Below are positions 1 to 8,718 of a DNA stretch of 10,260 nucleotides, piece by piece. The notes below the pieces were generated by a model, which did no database searches, had not been told where the DNA came from, and worked only from the letters and a program-made list of their open reading frames with translations. The position numbers and the translations under genes are program-made. Origin of the DNA: Nitrososphaeraceae archaeon (lineage in GTDB: Archaea; Thermoproteota; Nitrososphaeria; Nitrososphaerales; Nitrososphaeraceae); assembly GCA_035250975.1 (NCBI GenBank), contig DATFEP010000001.1, forward strand, positions 1-10,260, given 5' to 3'. Position 1 is the first letter of the stretch. Each line of letters starts with the position of its first letter.

Positions 1-76
1 CTTTTTTTTTTGATAATAACTTGCTTACAGTATGTTTTCCTACTCCCGGATTCCCGGTAATTCCTATTCTAGTCAT
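1..76 (-). CDS. N-terminal (Walker A/P-loop) fragment of AK6/Fap7-type adenylate kinase, inverted relative to the rest of the gene; runs off the window start
   Basis: Not in the ORF track. The reverse complement from ATG at 76 reads MTRIGITGNPGVGKHTVSKLLSKKK, with a GxPGxGK P-loop typical of the archaeal AK6 N-terminus. This is the part missing from ORF 171..590. Confidence 0.85.
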   Translation of the reverse strand, partial: MTRIGITGNPGVGKHTVSKLLSKKK

Positions 77-170
77 TTAAAATAAGTACATTATCTTATA
101 TTTATGAAATAATATTTTAGATAATAAAATAATAATTTCAAATCATGCTTTTATTACAAAAAATTCAAAA

Positions 171-590
171 ATGGAAATAAATTTGAAAAAAGCAAGAGAA
201 CTGATCAAGGATCAAGTAAAAAATGAAAATATAATAATCGTTGGTCACCTTCTACCATATCTAATAAGAAAAAAAGAACTTGATTTTGTTATAATTCTTA
301 GGAGATCGCCTTATTCTTTGATTGAGGAATACAAAAGAAGAAATTATTCTATTCAAAAAATCCAAGAAAATATTGCTGGCGAGATATTGGGAATATGTTT
401 TTATGATACCTTGAAGGTTTTTGGAAAAAAAAAGATTTCAGAAATTGATACTACTCGGAGTACTCCTGAAGAGACTATGAAAAATGTTATATATAGTCAT
501 GAATATAAATCGGAAAGAAAATTAAGTAATATTGACTGGTTGGAGATGGTATACAAGAATGGGGACATTCAAAGATTTTTGGAATTTTGA
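171..590 (+). CDS. AK6/Fap7-type adenylate kinase, C-terminal portion lacking the P-loop
   Basis: Motifs IIIVGHLLPY, VIILRRSP, RNYS..KIQEN..EILG, EIDTT and IDWL match the AK6 family. The frame stays open upstream to 108 (NNILDNKIIISNHAF...) and then hits TGA at 105-107. There is no Walker A on this strand. Confidence 0.85.
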   Translation: MEINLKKARELIKDQVKNENIIIVGHLLPYLIRKKELDFVIILRRSPYSLIEEYKRRNYSIQKIQENIAGEILGICFYDTLKVFGKKKISEIDTTRSTPEETMKNVIYSHEYKSERKLSNIDWLEMVYKNGDIQRFLEF

Positions 591-635
591 AAAATTTTTA
601 TGAAATGTTATATTATATTATATGAATTGAATTCA

Positions 636-648
636 AATTATATATACC
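636..648 (+). promoter_or_regulatory. Putative TATA box of the lsm-tgtA unit
   Basis: TTATATAT at 638-645, preceded by CAAA (BRE-like), about 30 nt before the TTG at 676. The AT-rich background lowers certainty. Confidence 0.4.
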
Positions 649-675
649 TGAAATAATAACCACAATGGAACTAGT

Positions 676-1086
676 TTGTCTGTAGCATTTAGAAAATTTG
701 GAGAAGAAACAATTCAATTTTTAGGAAAAAAAGTATCTATTGAAACATCTGATGGAAAGACATATGTTGGAACATTAAGTGGGATAAATGAAAAATTGGA
801 TGTAATACTAGATGATTTAGAAACTGGTGGAATAATAAAAATTATTATGAATGGATCTTTTGTAAAGGAAATTAGATTAATGGAAAAACCATTTGATTTA
901 AAAGCTCTTGCAGAAAGATTTTCTAGAGTTTTTCCTGGTTTGGTAAAAGTTAGAGAAGATGTTGGTGCTATAATAGTCATGGATAAGATAAAAGTAACTC
1001 AAAATGGTATCGAGGAGGGTGGAGGCCTTGCTGCTGATAGGATAAAAGCTATCTACGATGAATTTGTGAGGGAGACCAAAAAATAA
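676..1086 (+). CDS. Lsm-family RNA-binding protein with C-terminal extension (SmAP3-like)
   Basis: Sm1 motif (FLGKKVSIETSDGKTYVGTLSGINEKLDVIL) and Sm2 motif (IIMNGSFVKEI), plus a C-terminal domain (FDLKALAE..FPGLVK..IIVMDKIKV). TTG start. Confidence 0.88.
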   Translation: MSVAFRKFGEETIQFLGKKVSIETSDGKTYVGTLSGINEKLDVILDDLETGGIIKIIMNGSFVKEIRLMEKPFDLKALAERFSRVFPGLVKVREDVGAIIVMDKIKVTQNGIEEGGGLAADRIKAIYDEFVRETKK

Positions 1087-1088
1087 AT

Positions 1089-2702
1089 TTGTCATTTGAG
1101 GTCAAATATAATGACCTAGCAGGAAGAATAGGGAAGCTTGAAACTGCACATGGAACTTTAGAAACACCTGCATTTTTACCCGTAATTCATCCTATTAAAC
1201 AAATAGTAGACATAGAATTTTTTAAAAAATTAGGATTTAAAGCAGTTATAACAAATGCATACATAGCCTTAAGATATTATGGAGATGAAGCACGAAAAAG
1301 AGGAATTCATAAAATAATCAATTTTGAAGACGTCGTAATGACCGATTCAGGAGGTTACCAGGTATTAGAATACGGGGAAATCGAAGTTGAACCTACAGAC
1401 ATGGCAGAATTCGAAATAGATATCGGAACAGATATTGCGGTACCGCTAGACAAACCCACTGGGTACGGACTTCAATACAATAAGGCAGTAGAATATGTTA
1501 ATAAAACAATAAAAAATGCTGAAGAAACTCTGGAAGTAATCAGGAGGAATAATATAAATCATCAAAAGAAAGCACAAGGTAAGCTTGATACTATTTGGGC
1601 CGGTCCTGTTCAAGGTGCAGAACACTTGGATTTGGTAAAAATGTCTGCATCAATATTTGATAAGATGGGTTTTAATCTCATGGCTTTGGGTAGTCCAGTT
1701 GAATTAATGGAAGCATATGATTTTGCTATGCTCTCTCAAATAATTTATAACTTGAAGAAAGTAATTCCTTTTAAACCCATACATCTTTTTGGAGCAGGAC
1801 ATCCATTAACTATACCTTTGGCTGTAGCACTTGGATGTGATATGTTTGATTCTGCATCCTACATATTGTATGCAAAAGATAATAGATACTTATATTCCAA
1901 TGGTACAGCAAGATTAAATGAAATTACTTTTTTTCCTTGTTCGTGTTCAATATGTAATTCTTTTACTCCAAGAGAATTACTAAGTTTGGATGAAAAATCA
2001 CGTACAATTGAATTAGCAAAACATAATCTATATGTCTTAAAAATGGAAGTAAATATCGTAAAACATGCCATCTTAGAAGGAAGATTATGGGAATATATTA
2101 TGATTAAAGCTCATAGTCATCCAAAATTGATGGAAGCTGTTAGATCTTTAAAAAATTTTGATAATTTAGATTATGGTACACCAATGTTCAAGGAAAAAGC
2201 GATCTATTTTAACGAACCTTATGATCAATATAGACCCGAAGCAAAAAGATTTAGAGAGATGGTAACAAAATATGAACTCAAAGAAAAATCTAAAATATTA
2301 TTATATCCTGAAACAAAAATACATCCATTTTATACTTCAAAGATATTCAATCGAATAAAAAATAAATTCAGCGAAATTGAAATTTTTTCCTATAATCCAT
2401 ATTTGGGAATTATTCCAGCAGAATTATCAGATATCTTTCCTGCGTCACATAATCTTATTTCTTATGACTTTGATTCAGAAAATCTTGCGAACGAATATCC
2501 TACTTTTGTTAATTCTTTAGAAAAATTTTTACAGAAAAATAAAAATAATGTAATAATAATAGTGGCCAATAATTTTATGAATCAAGTTATTTCTTTTGTT
2601 CATAAATATAAAGTTACAGAAACGGAAAGCAATATCAAAATTTTGAATTATGATGAGCATATAGGTTACAAAGGATTAGAAAAATATTTAAAGTCGGATT
2701 AA
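1089..2702 (+). CDS. tgtA: Archaeosine tRNA-guanine(15) transglycosylase
   Basis: RIGKLET.HG.LETPAFLPV, catalytic Asp motifs MTDSGGYQ and DMFDSA, HLFGAGHP, Zn site CSCSIC...HNL and EGRLWE. TTG start 2 nt after the lsm stop. Confidence 0.96.
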   Translation: MSFEVKYNDLAGRIGKLETAHGTLETPAFLPVIHPIKQIVDIEFFKKLGFKAVITNAYIALRYYGDEARKRGIHKIINFEDVVMTDSGGYQVLEYGEIEVEPTDMAEFEIDIGTDIAVPLDKPTGYGLQYNKAVEYVNKTIKNAEETLEVIRRNNINHQKKAQGKLDTIWAGPVQGAEHLDLVKMSASIFDKMGFNLMALGSPVELMEAYDFAMLSQIIYNLKKVIPFKPIHLFGAGHPLTIPLAVALGCDMFDSASYILYAKDNRYLYSNGTARLNEITFFPCSCSICNSFTPRELLSLDEKSRTIELAKHNLYVLKMEVNIVKHAILEGRLWEYIMIKAHSHPKLMEAVRSLKNFDNLDYGTPMFKEKAIYFNEPYDQYRPEAKRFREMVTKYELKEKSKILLYPETKIHPFYTSKIFNRIKNKFSEIEIFSYNPYLGIIPAELSDIFPASHNLISYDFDSENLANEYPTFVNSLEKFLQKNKNNVIIIVANNFMNQVISFVHKYKVTETESNIKILNYDEHIGYKGLEKYLKSD

Positions 2703-2703
2703 A

Positions 2704-3318
2704 TTAATTTAAACTCTTAATATATGGTAAAAAACTAAATTTAGTTTTTTCATATTCAGTTATACTTGTATCTAATTGTAATGTTAATCCAATTTCATCT
2801 ACTCCCTCCATTAACATCTTTTTTTTAGAGAAATCTATTTGAAATTTGAAGGTTATAGGATTATTATGTTCCAAAGATACTACTTCTTGAGTATCAAGAT
2901 TGATCCTTAAAGAGAGATCTTCATTTTTGAAAAGATAGTCAATTTCTTCTTTTGATAAAACTATTGGTAGTATACCGTTTTTAATACAATTACTATAAAA
3001 GATATCTGCAAATGAAGAAGAAATAATAGCCTTGAAACCATAATCAGAAAGAGCCCAAACTGCATGTTCTCTAGAACTTCCACTACCAAAATTATCTAAT
3101 GTAAGAAGAATACTACGATCTAAATATTTCAATTTATTTAATACGAAATCCTCTTTCGCTTTACCATCTTTATCATAACGCCAGTCATTGAAAAGATATT
3201 TTCCAAACCCTGTTTTGTGAGTTAATTTAAGGAATTGTTTAGGAATTATTTGATCGGTATCAACATTAGCAAATGGAAATGGAATAAATTTACTTTCAAA
3301 ATTATCAAATGGTTCCAT
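2704..3318 (-). CDS. leuD: 3-isopropylmalate dehydratase small subunit
   Basis: NVDTDQIIPKQFLK, GFGKYLF.DWRY, NFGSGSSREHAVWAL, SFADIFYSN..KNGILP and G.DEIGLTL. Directly downstream of leuC. Confidence 0.96.
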   Translation of the reverse strand: MEPFDNFESKFIPFPFANVDTDQIIPKQFLKLTHKTGFGKYLFNDWRYDKDGKAKEDFVLNKLKYLDRSILLTLDNFGSGSSREHAVWALSDYGFKAIISSSFADIFYSNCIKNGILPIVLSKEEIDYLFKNEDLSLRINLDTQEVVSLEHNNPITFKFQIDFSKKKMLMEGVDEIGLTLQLDTSITEYEKTKFSFLPYIKSLN

Positions 3319-3347
3319 AGCAATAATCTCTTTTTAAAGTTGGATAT

Positions 3348-4784
3348 TTATATTAACTCACGTACATCAACAAAATGACCCTCTATGGCTGCAGCTGCCG
3401 CCATGATTGGACTTACTAGATGAGTTCTACCGCCTGTGCCTTGTCTTCCTTCAAAATTGCGATTTGAGGTACTAGCACATCTTTCTCCATATACCAATAT
3501 ATCAGGATTCATTCCAAGACACATACTGCATCCAGAATCTCTCCATTCAAAACCAGATTCTTTAAAAATTTTGTCTAGTCCTAGTTTTTCTGCCTCTAAT
3601 TTTACGGATTGGGATCCAGGTACAACTAATGCATGAACATTTTGTGATACTTTTTTACCTTTTACTACCATGGAAGCCTCTATGAGATCCTCTATTCTTG
3701 AGTTTGTACAAGAGCCTATAAACACACGATCAATATGAATATCAATAATTGGAATTCCAGGCTTCAATTCCATATATTTTAGTGCACGAACGGCAGCATT
3801 TTTTTCATCTTCATTTCCTTTAGCAAATTCTTCTGGGCTTGGGACTACATCGGTTACATCTACAGTCATAGCAGGATTAGTACCCCAACTTACCTGAGGG
3901 GCAATATTGTTAATATCCACGTCTATAATCCTATCAAAGATAGCATTATCATCGGTTCTAAGATTATTTTTCCAATAATCCACCATCTTTTCATAATCCT
4001 CACCTCTTGGTGAATATTCTCTATCGCGAAGGTAATCGAAAGTTGTATTATCAGGAGCAATTAATCCTGCTCTGGCGCCAGCCTCAATTGACATGTTACA
4101 AATCGTCATCCTTTGTTCCATAGAAAGTTTTTTTATGATCTGTCCTTGATATTCAAAAACTGTGCCCATTCCACCACCAATACCAATTTTACGTATAAGA
4201 GAAAGTATAATGTCTTTTGCTGATATCGCATGTAAATATCTCGGTTTTCCGATAAAGTTAATTGCAGTTGTCTTGGGTTTGGTCAACCATAAACACTGAG
4301 TTGCTAGGACATGTTCTACTTCGCTTGTACCTATTCCAAATGCAAAAGCGCCAAAAGCACCGTGTGTGGAAGTATGACTATCGCCACAAACTATAGTTGT
4401 ACCTGGTAAAGTAATACCAAGTTCTGGCCCAATAACATGAACAATACCTTGATAAGGATGATTCAGATCAAATAATTCTATTCCAAATTCTTGACAATTT
4501 TCTGCCAATGTTCTTATTTGGTTTGCAGAAATTTGGTCAACAATTGGCAGATTTCTATTAGTTGTTGGTACATTGTGATCCATAGTTGCAAAAGTCAGAT
4601 CAGGACGTCGAACCTTCCTTCTATTAGAACGTAATCCATCAAATGCTTGAGGAGACGTAACTTCATGAATCAAGTGACGATCTATATATAGCAAATGAGA
4701 ACCAGGATTGATTGATCCATTATCTTTAGAAACAGGATATACTATATGATTTTCCCAAATTTTTTCAAATAAAGTACGACACAT
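3348..4784 (-). CDS. leuC: 3-isopropylmalate dehydratase large subunit
   Basis: [36 protein letters not shown], and the [4Fe-4S] motifs [12 protein letters not shown] and GCSMCLGMN, plus [12 protein letters not shown]. Confidence 0.98.
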   Translation of the reverse strand: MCRTLFEKIWENHIVYPVSKDNGSINPGSHLLYIDRHLIHEVTSPQAFDGLRSNRRKVRRPDLTFATMDHNVPTTNRNLPIVDQISANQIRTLAENCQEFGIELFDLNHPYQGIVHVIGPELGITLPGTTIVCGDSHTSTHGAFGAFAFGIGTSEVEHVLATQCLWLTKPKTTAINFIGKPRYLHAISAKDIILSLIRKIGIGGGMGTVFEYQGQIIKKLSMEQRMTICNMSIEAGARAGLIAPDNTTFDYLRDREYSPRGEDYEKMVDYWKNNLRTDDNAIFDRIIDVDINNIAPQVSWGTNPAMTVDVTDVVPSPEEFAKGNEDEKNAAVRALKYMELKPGIPIIDIHIDRVFIGSCTNSRIEDLIEASMVVKGKKVSQNVHALVVPGSQSVKLEAEKLGLDKIFKESGFEWRDSGCSMCLGMNPDILVYGERCASTSNRNFEGRQGTGGRTHLVSPIMAAAAAIEGHFVDVRELI

Positions 4785-4887
4785 ATATACATTTGATATA
4801 TCGAAGGAATATAATCATATATAATATAATAATATCTAAAGAATGAAAAAATACTTATTAGTAATAATTTGACTATTCTTGATTAAT

Positions 4888-5547
4888 ATGCATTTACAAG
4901 ATAATAGATATTCAGAGCAGATTGCAGAACAGATAAAGAAGGGAACTACTACATGTGCAATTTCCTGTACAGATGGTGTTGTACTTGCTGCGGATACTAG
5001 AGCCAGTGCAGGATTCTTTATAGCAGACAAAAAAGTCATGAAAATCCAAAAAGTGGATAATCATTTGGGTATGACTATTGCTGGGGGAGTGGCAGACGCA
5101 CAAAACCTTGTAGATACTATGAGATATAATGCTAATATTTACAGAATTTCTAATAAAAGAGTTATTCCTGTACATTCTGCAGCCAGATTATGTTCTAATA
5201 TTTTGTTTAACCAGCGCTATTTTCCATACTACGTTCAGATTATTATGGCAGGTTATCAGGGTTCTGGTTTTGGTCAGATTTATAATATTGATTTATTCGG
5301 ATCACTTACTGAAGAGAAATTTATTTCTACAGGCAGTGGTTCACCAGTAGCTTACGGGTATCTAGAATCCGAATTCAAAGAAAATATGACTGTAAAAGAT
5401 GCTTATAAGCTTGCATTACAGGCAATAGCAGCAGCTATAAGAAGAAATGCAGGTACTGGTGATGGAATTAATGTTGTAATAATAGATAAGAATGGATATA
5501 GAGAGTTATCAAAAGAAGACAAGGATTCTGTTGGAGCAATATATTAA
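4888..5547 (+). CDS. psmB: Proteasome subunit beta (catalytic Thr type)
   Basis: Short propeptide ending KKG/TTT, then DGVVLAADTRAS, KIQKVD.H, AGGVADAQ, TGSGSPVAYG.LE and RRNAGTGDG. Start is ATG 4888 or TTG 4879. Confidence 0.95.
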   Translation: MHLQDNRYSEQIAEQIKKGTTTCAISCTDGVVLAADTRASAGFFIADKKVMKIQKVDNHLGMTIAGGVADAQNLVDTMRYNANIYRISNKRVIPVHSAARLCSNILFNQRYFPYYVQIIMAGYQGSGFGQIYNIDLFGSLTEEKFISTGSGSPVAYGYLESEFKENMTVKDAYKLALQAIAAAIRRNAGTGDGINVVIIDKNGYRELSKEDKDSVGAIY

Positions 5548-5551
5548 AATT

Positions 5552-5569
5552 TAAACTATCGATAGTTTA
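5552..5569. repeat. Perfect 18-bp palindrome
   Basis: TAAACTATC|GATAGTTTA begins 4 nt after the psmB stop codon. Confidence 0.85.
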
Positions 5570-5755
5570 TAAAAATACCTCTTTCTCATTCCTAAATGGT
5601 TCAAATATTTGGGAATATCATATAATCTAAGATCAAGAAAATTCAAATACAGACACATACTTTTGGTAAATTTGATCATTATTCGAATAGAATACTCATA
5701 TGCCATGAAATTTCCGTATTATGGACAAAAACTTCAATTAATTTCACTGTTAGTA

Positions 5756-7033
5756 TTATTGTCCTTTAAATTTTATTATACTAGTTCCACCCATATAGTT
5801 TTGTAAAATGTTTGGGATAGTTATACCATTCGAGTTTTGATAATTTTCTAACAAAGATACCAATGTTCTTTGGGTAGCAACTAAAGTACTATTCAATGTA
5901 TGAACTAACTTAGTTTCTTCATTTGTTTTATCCCTAAACCTAATTCCTAGCCTTCTAGCCTGATAATCAGTACAATTTGAACATGATACTATTTCTCGAT
6001 ATTTTTCTTGCGCAGGCATCCATGCCTCTATATCATATGTTTTGGCAGAAATCTTACCTAAATCAGAGGAACATAACAACATCACTCTATAAGGTATATC
6101 AAGTTTTTTATAAAATTCTTCCGTAATCTTTAACATACGTTCATGTTCCTCCCATGAATTTTCGGGACGAGAAAATACAAATTGTTCTACCTTCTCAAAA
6201 TGATGTACTCTAAAAATTCCTTTCATATCCTTTCCATGTGCTCCAGCCTCTTTTCTAAAACATGGGCTAATTGCTGCATATCTAATAGGCAATTTTGAAC
6301 CTTCTAAGATTTCATTCATATGCATGGAAACCATAGCGTGTTCAGATGTACCAATCATAAACAGATCCTCGTCTTCTATCTTGTATATTACATCTTTAAA
6401 ATCTCCTAAAATTACAGCTCCTTCCATAGAATTTTTTCTAATCATGTAAGGTGGTTGTAATAATGTATATCCTTTATCATGTAGAAAATCTAATGCAAAA
6501 CTAATTAATGCTTGGTTTAGTCTTACTAATTCATTTTTTAAAAAATAAAATCTAGCTCCAGATATTTTAGCAGCCCTCTCAATATCAATCAAGTCCAATT
6601 CAATTCCGATATCTATATGATCCTTTATATTGTAACTAAATTTGTTAATAGTTCCATACTCTCTTACGACGATATTATCACTTTCGGAGTTCCCAATAGG
6701 TACAGATTCATGAAAAAAATTAGGAAGTAATCTAATGTAACTTTTAAATTTTGAATCAACAGTTGCTATTTCTTCTTCAAGAAGTTTAATTCTATGTCCA
6801 ATTTCATCCATCAACTTGATCTCAGAGAAGATTGCTTGATCATTCTTTTTTTTTGTAGCTATTATTTTGGCAATATTATTTTTTTTATGCCGTTCGTCTT
6901 GCAATTTTGTTAATAATTTACGACGTTTAGTATCTTCTTCAATTAGTTCTTCGAGTGGAAATTTTATATTTCTTTTTTGGAGCATGTCATTTATTCTATT
7001 TATATCGTTTTTTAGAATTTTAGCATCAATCAT
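5756..7033 (-). CDS. serS: Serine--tRNA ligase
   Basis: N-terminal coiled-coil arm, AAKISGARFYFL, GTSEH, motif 2 FRKEAGAHGKD.KGIFRVH.FEKVEQF, EIVSCSNCTDYQARRL and motif 3 HTLNST...R..V.LLENYQ. Confidence 0.98.
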   Translation of the reverse strand: MIDAKILKNDINRINDMLQKRNIKFPLEELIEEDTKRRKLLTKLQDERHKKNNIAKIIATKKKNDQAIFSEIKLMDEIGHRIKLLEEEIATVDSKFKSYIRLLPNFFHESVPIGNSESDNIVVREYGTINKFSYNIKDHIDIGIELDLIDIERAAKISGARFYFLKNELVRLNQALISFALDFLHDKGYTLLQPPYMIRKNSMEGAVILGDFKDVIYKIEDEDLFMIGTSEHAMVSMHMNEILEGSKLPIRYAAISPCFRKEAGAHGKDMKGIFRVHHFEKVEQFVFSRPENSWEEHERMLKITEEFYKKLDIPYRVMLLCSSDLGKISAKTYDIEAWMPAQEKYREIVSCSNCTDYQARRLGIRFRDKTNEETKLVHTLNSTLVATQRTLVSLLENYQNSNGITIPNILQNYMGGTSIIKFKGQ

Positions 7034-7289
7034 GATCTATCACTTTTTTCGCAATTTTTATATGTTGCAATAATTCATCAATAGTATTTATTAATGTACT
7101 AATATTTGTAGATGATATATCGATAATTAATGATTTTTTAATACTTGACATTTCTAAATAAAGTTCATTTGGAAAATTAATGTTATCTGGTAATAATGTT
7201 TTCATAATTACATCTCTTTCTTTATTTGTTGAAAACTTTACTTCAATATTAACTGATATTTTAAATACGTTGTTCTTCTGTATTTTCAT
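7026..7289 (-). CDS. pcc1: KEOPS complex subunit Pcc1-like
   Basis: About 87 aa from ATG 7289 with a Pcc1-like pattern (LLPDN, LIIDISS, L..TIDELL..I..A). It occupies the conserved slot between the DHH gene and serS and overlaps both. Confidence 0.75.
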   Translation of the reverse strand: MKIQKNNVFKISVNIEVKFSTNKERDVIMKTLLPDNINFPNELYLEMSSIKKSLIIDISSTNISTLINTIDELLQHIKIAKKVIDHD

Positions 7290-8712
7290 TTTTCGATATT
7301 CTTTTTCTAATAACGGATGAAAATTCTTCAATCATAGAATAAGGAACATTAACAATAATGTCATCATTGAGATTCTTTTCAATCCGATAGTCATGTTTTA
7401 GATATTCTTGTAATGTCGATGTTAATTCTTTTTTTGTTGCATATTCTATACCTTTCTTGACATAAAAATTGTAGCTATTGTCATTTGATAATGTTCTTAA
7501 AAATAGTAACTTTGTCTTAAAAGAAATTGATTCACTTAATATTATGGAAATGTCATTTGTTATTCCTTCATTTAAAATCCCTTCACCATTAACAAAAACA
7601 GTAGAATCATTATCTAATAAGCGCCATTTTTCTCTGAATATTTTTTCAAGACAATTCATAATATTTGTCTTGTAATCAAAAACTATTTTTTCAATTTCTG
7701 TCACTGTGTTGTATCTTTCCCCCATACAAATTCCTATACCTAGTCCAATTTTTTCATACTTAATACATGAATTTAATGCAAATGCAAATTCCATCCCGTT
7801 TTTTAATATACTATTTCTGTCCTCATTTGGAAACTCAAATATATATCCAATGAAGCTATCAGATATATTTTCAATATTATCATTTTCTTTTTCATTTTTA
7901 GGATTGGATAGAAATATGAATTTAGTAATGGCATCCAAAATCATATTTTTTTCTTGATCTGAAATTTCTGCAAATGTTCTAAATTTTCCATTTCTATGCG
8001 TAACTATTCCAGTGCTTTTTAAAATTTTGTAACAGTTCTCTTTATTCCAAGTAATTCCTTCAATATAAGGCGAAATATTATATGCCAATGCTTCATGTAG
8101 GGGTTTATAGTCAAGATTATTGAATATCAAGTCCGCTTTCATATTCAATATTCCTATTGATGTTGCAATAGATGCTATTTCAGAATTTAATCCTATCAGG
8201 GATTTTTTTGGTCCTATGTTTTGTTTTTCTGCTAAAGCAGAAACAATTGCTAACATGGATAATTTTTTATTTGCCCTACCAATCCTTTCTGCAAGTAAAA
8301 ATGTCAATCCACAGGATGTAATTTCTGCTATTTCATCAATTCCATATAAATAAGGATTTATTATTTTACCATCGTAGTCTTTTAAATCTTTAGGACATAT
8401 ATCATGATTTATGATCACAAATTTATTTTTCAATAAATTGTTTATCTTTGAGAATTCTTTAAAACTAAAATCAATAAATATATTTAAATCATGATTTTCT
8501 AAAACTATTCTTGAAATTAGATCAGAATCTAAATCATTTTCCAACCGTAATGTAATCCTTGTATCTAACTTTAATAACACTGATGAAATAAGACTACCTG
8601 CAGCTAGTCCATCAGAACTCTTTCTAGCAATAATAATTATGTTCTTGTCAATATTTTCGTTTATTTTCTCTACAAAAAGATTAAGAATTGTTTCGAATTC
8701 TTTTGTAACCAT
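7261..8712 (-). CDS. DHH-superfamily RecJ/GAN/Cdc45-like protein, nuclease motifs degenerate
   Basis: It sits immediately after rps15. Recognisable segments include SDGLAAGSLI, IFID, IINP..YGID...EI...G, LIGLN, PLHEAL, IEGITWN, EFA..LNSC and GIGICMGER. The DHH position reads NHD. Confidence 0.85.
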   Translation of the reverse strand: MVTKEFETILNLFVEKINENIDKNIIIIARKSSDGLAAGSLISSVLLKLDTRITLRLENDLDSDLISRIVLENHDLNIFIDFSFKEFSKINNLLKNKFVIINHDICPKDLKDYDGKIINPYLYGIDEIAEITSCGLTFLLAERIGRANKKLSMLAIVSALAEKQNIGPKKSLIGLNSEIASIATSIGILNMKADLIFNNLDYKPLHEALAYNISPYIEGITWNKENCYKILKSTGIVTHRNGKFRTFAEISDQEKNMILDAITKFIFLSNPKNEKENDNIENISDSFIGYIFEFPNEDRNSILKNGMEFAFALNSCIKYEKIGLGIGICMGERYNTVTEIEKIVFDYKTNIMNCLEKIFREKWRLLDNDSTVFVNGEGILNEGITNDISIILSESISFKTKLLFLRTLSNDNSYNFYVKKGIEYATKKELTSTLQEYLKHDYRIEKNLNDDIIVNVPYSMIEEFSSVIRKRISKNENTEEQRI

Positions 8713-8718
8713 TATTGT

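Noticed and set aside
608-637. (TTATA)3 run and 10-bp palindrome TTGAATTCAA upstream of lsm
   Set aside because: Short and almost all A/T, so expected by chance in this background.
676-1091. TTG start codons of lsm and tgtA as a regulatory signal
   Set aside because: TTG starts are common in this archaeal group.
714-1095. Antisense ORFs 714..980 and 898..1095
   Set aside because: Shadows of the lsm gene with no recognisable motifs.
1859-5350. Short ORFs 1859..2071, 3436..3636, 4836..5039, 4912..5175 and 5129..5350
   Set aside because: They overlap well-supported tgtA, leuC or psmB antisense or out of frame, with no independent evidence.
5609-5806. 65-aa ORF in the psmB-serS spacer
   Set aside because: TTG start, overlaps the serS 3' end, and its composition is typical of translated AT-rich non-coding DNA.
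5860-6215. SerRS substitutions HQF->HHF and ATER->ATQR as a sign of altered specificity
   Set aside because: The TSE, motif 2 Arg/Glu and motif 3 Arg residues are intact, so this is most likely neutral variation.
7290-7331. Upstream start for pcc1 at 7331
   Set aside because: It would give a 71-nt overlap with the DHH gene. ATG 7289 gives a more typical Pcc1 length.
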